Below, piece after piece: positions 21,929-23,041 of a stretch of 23,041 bases of DNA. The first letter of the stretch is position 1. Each line of letters begins with the position of its first letter. Both the position numbers and the translations under genes were made by a program. The DNA is from Alloascoidea hylecoeti (Eukaryota), in the NCBI GenBank assembly GCA_001600815.1, contig BCKZ01000023.1:310001-333041 (forward strand), given 5' to 3'. The notes under the pieces are model-generated. The model searched no databases. It had not been told where the DNA came from and was given only the letters and a program-made list of their open reading frames with translations.

Positions 21929-22224
21929 TTTCGGAGATTGATTTTAGTTAATTAGAAACAAATTTATTGTCTAATTGTATGTGGCTCTAAATAATATATT
22001 ACTATTTGAGCTCTCTTTTGAAAGTGCGAAATAGAAAGGATGGAGGAGTGAAAAGATTTTCATACTTAATCCGGGCTAATAATGAGAGTATGATAGTTAA
22101 AGATTCCTAATTAATCATATGCTGATATATTGATCTTCGAAATGGTTCTATCGATGAAGTTCTTGATTCTATGTGCAACCTTCTTGTTTGGGTTTTAGCT
22201 TTATATATGCATACTGTTATATCT

Positions 22225-22251
22225 TATGCATATGCGCACACACACACACAC
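22225..22251. repeat. 27-nt alternating purine-pyrimidine tract including (CA)7 in the palindrome spacer
   Basis: TATGCATATGCGCACACACACACACAC read directly. Confidence 0.9.
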
Positions 22252-22514
22252 TCAAACAAGAAAGTTGCACATAGAATCAAGAACTTCATCGATAGAACCA
22301 TTTCGAAGATCAATATATCAGCATATGATTAATTAGGAATCTTTAACTATCATACTCTCATTATTAGCCCGGATTAAGTATGAAAATCTTTTCACTCCTC
22401 CATCCTTTCTATTTCGCACTTTCAAAAGAGAGCTCAAATAGTAATATATTATTTAGAGCCACATACAATTAGACAATAAATTTGTTTCTAATTAACTAAA
22501 ATCAATCTCCGAAA

Positions 22515-23041
22515 ATGACTACTGTTTCCAATAATTATTTCGATTCACTTCCACTGGCAGTCGCTATAAAGTTATTACCAAAAAGTAAATGGCAATATGA
22601 TGAGATCACTCTGGATGAGGATGCCCAAACAACTCAACTTCGAGCAATATTAACTAGTATCAGAACACTAGACGACCCTCATACTAGCACCAATGACACA
22701 TACAGTGATGATAATGAAGGCCATTATATTATAGAAAAAGGTTCTGTGTTTTCGCAAAAATATATAATTCAAAATATTCTGGGACAAGGATGTTTTGGAA
22801 GAGTTACTTCTGCTTATGATACGGAAACAAAAGAATATGTCTCTATTAAAATATCCAAATCAATACTTTCAAGTTCCAATCACAATACACAGTTTACTAT
22901 TTTAAATATCTTAAAAGAAATTAGAATTTTATTAAAACTATCCCGGGATGGTCAATCCAAACAAAATGGATGTATGGAAATTAAAGATTGTTTTGTATTT
23001 AAGGGACATATATGTATTGTGTCCGACTTGTTGGGGGACAA
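22515..23041 (+). CDS. Second copy of the divergent CLK/LAMMER kinase (5' part; cut by the window edge)
   Basis: ATG at 22515; translates MTTVSNNYFDSLP...HICIVSDLLGD, identical to the first 175 aa of the minus-strand copy. Absent from the ORF track because no stop is reached. Confidence 0.9.
   Translation, partial: MTTVSNNYFDSLPLAVAIKLLPKSKWQYDEITLDEDAQTTQLRAILTSIRTLDDPHTSTNDTYSDDNEGHYIIEKGSVFSQKYIIQNILGQGCFGRVTSAYDTETKEYVSIKISKSILSSSNHNTQFTILNILKEIRILLKLSRDGQSKQNGCMEIKDCFVFKGHICIVSDLLGD

Larger units (their letters stand above)
21402..23041. repeat. Near-perfect large palindrome (arms >=789 bp: 21402-22190 and 22253-23041; 62-bp spacer), continues beyond the window
   Basis: Paired positions sum to 44443. 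The only difference seen within the arms is C22180/A22263. Confidence 0.97.

Noticed and set aside
1..23041. CRISPR array, prokaryotic operon or LTR retrotransposon
   Set aside because: The sequence is eukaryotic with spliceosomal introns. I saw no repeat-spacer array, no paired direct LTRs and no gag/integrase motifs.

Overview
AT-rich eukaryotic DNA from a budding yeast (Saccharomycotina, inferred from BIG1, ESC2, YHR112C-like genes and a yeast-type tRNA-Ile(AAU)). The genome is fairly intron-rich and CTG appears to encode Leu. The left ~7.4 kb holds four genes: a five-exon C2+HECT Rsp5/NEDD4-like ligase with no WW domains, a YHR112C-like PLP enzyme, ESC2/Rad60 and BIG1. The rest is a rearrangement-rich accessory region. 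It contains a ~240-bp-arm hairpin made from a dead copy of a divergent CLK/LAMMER kinase, a decayed sugar-porter pseudogene, a spliced roadblock/LC7 gene and a divergent small ORF. It also has two convergent identical tRNA-Ile genes surrounded by 5'-truncated L1-like (LINE) fragments, a 45-bp hairpin and an HSE-preceded Hsp20. At the right end, an intact atypical LAMMER-family kinase is duplicated head-to-head in a near-perfect palindrome that runs off the window. The two best leads are (1) a kinase family that occurs both as a palindromic gene pair and as a hairpin pseudogene whose six core mismatches are all G:U-compatible, and (2) an apparent tRNA-gene-associated pile-up of non-LTR retrotransposons. 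All alignments and family assignments were made by eye, with no database searches.
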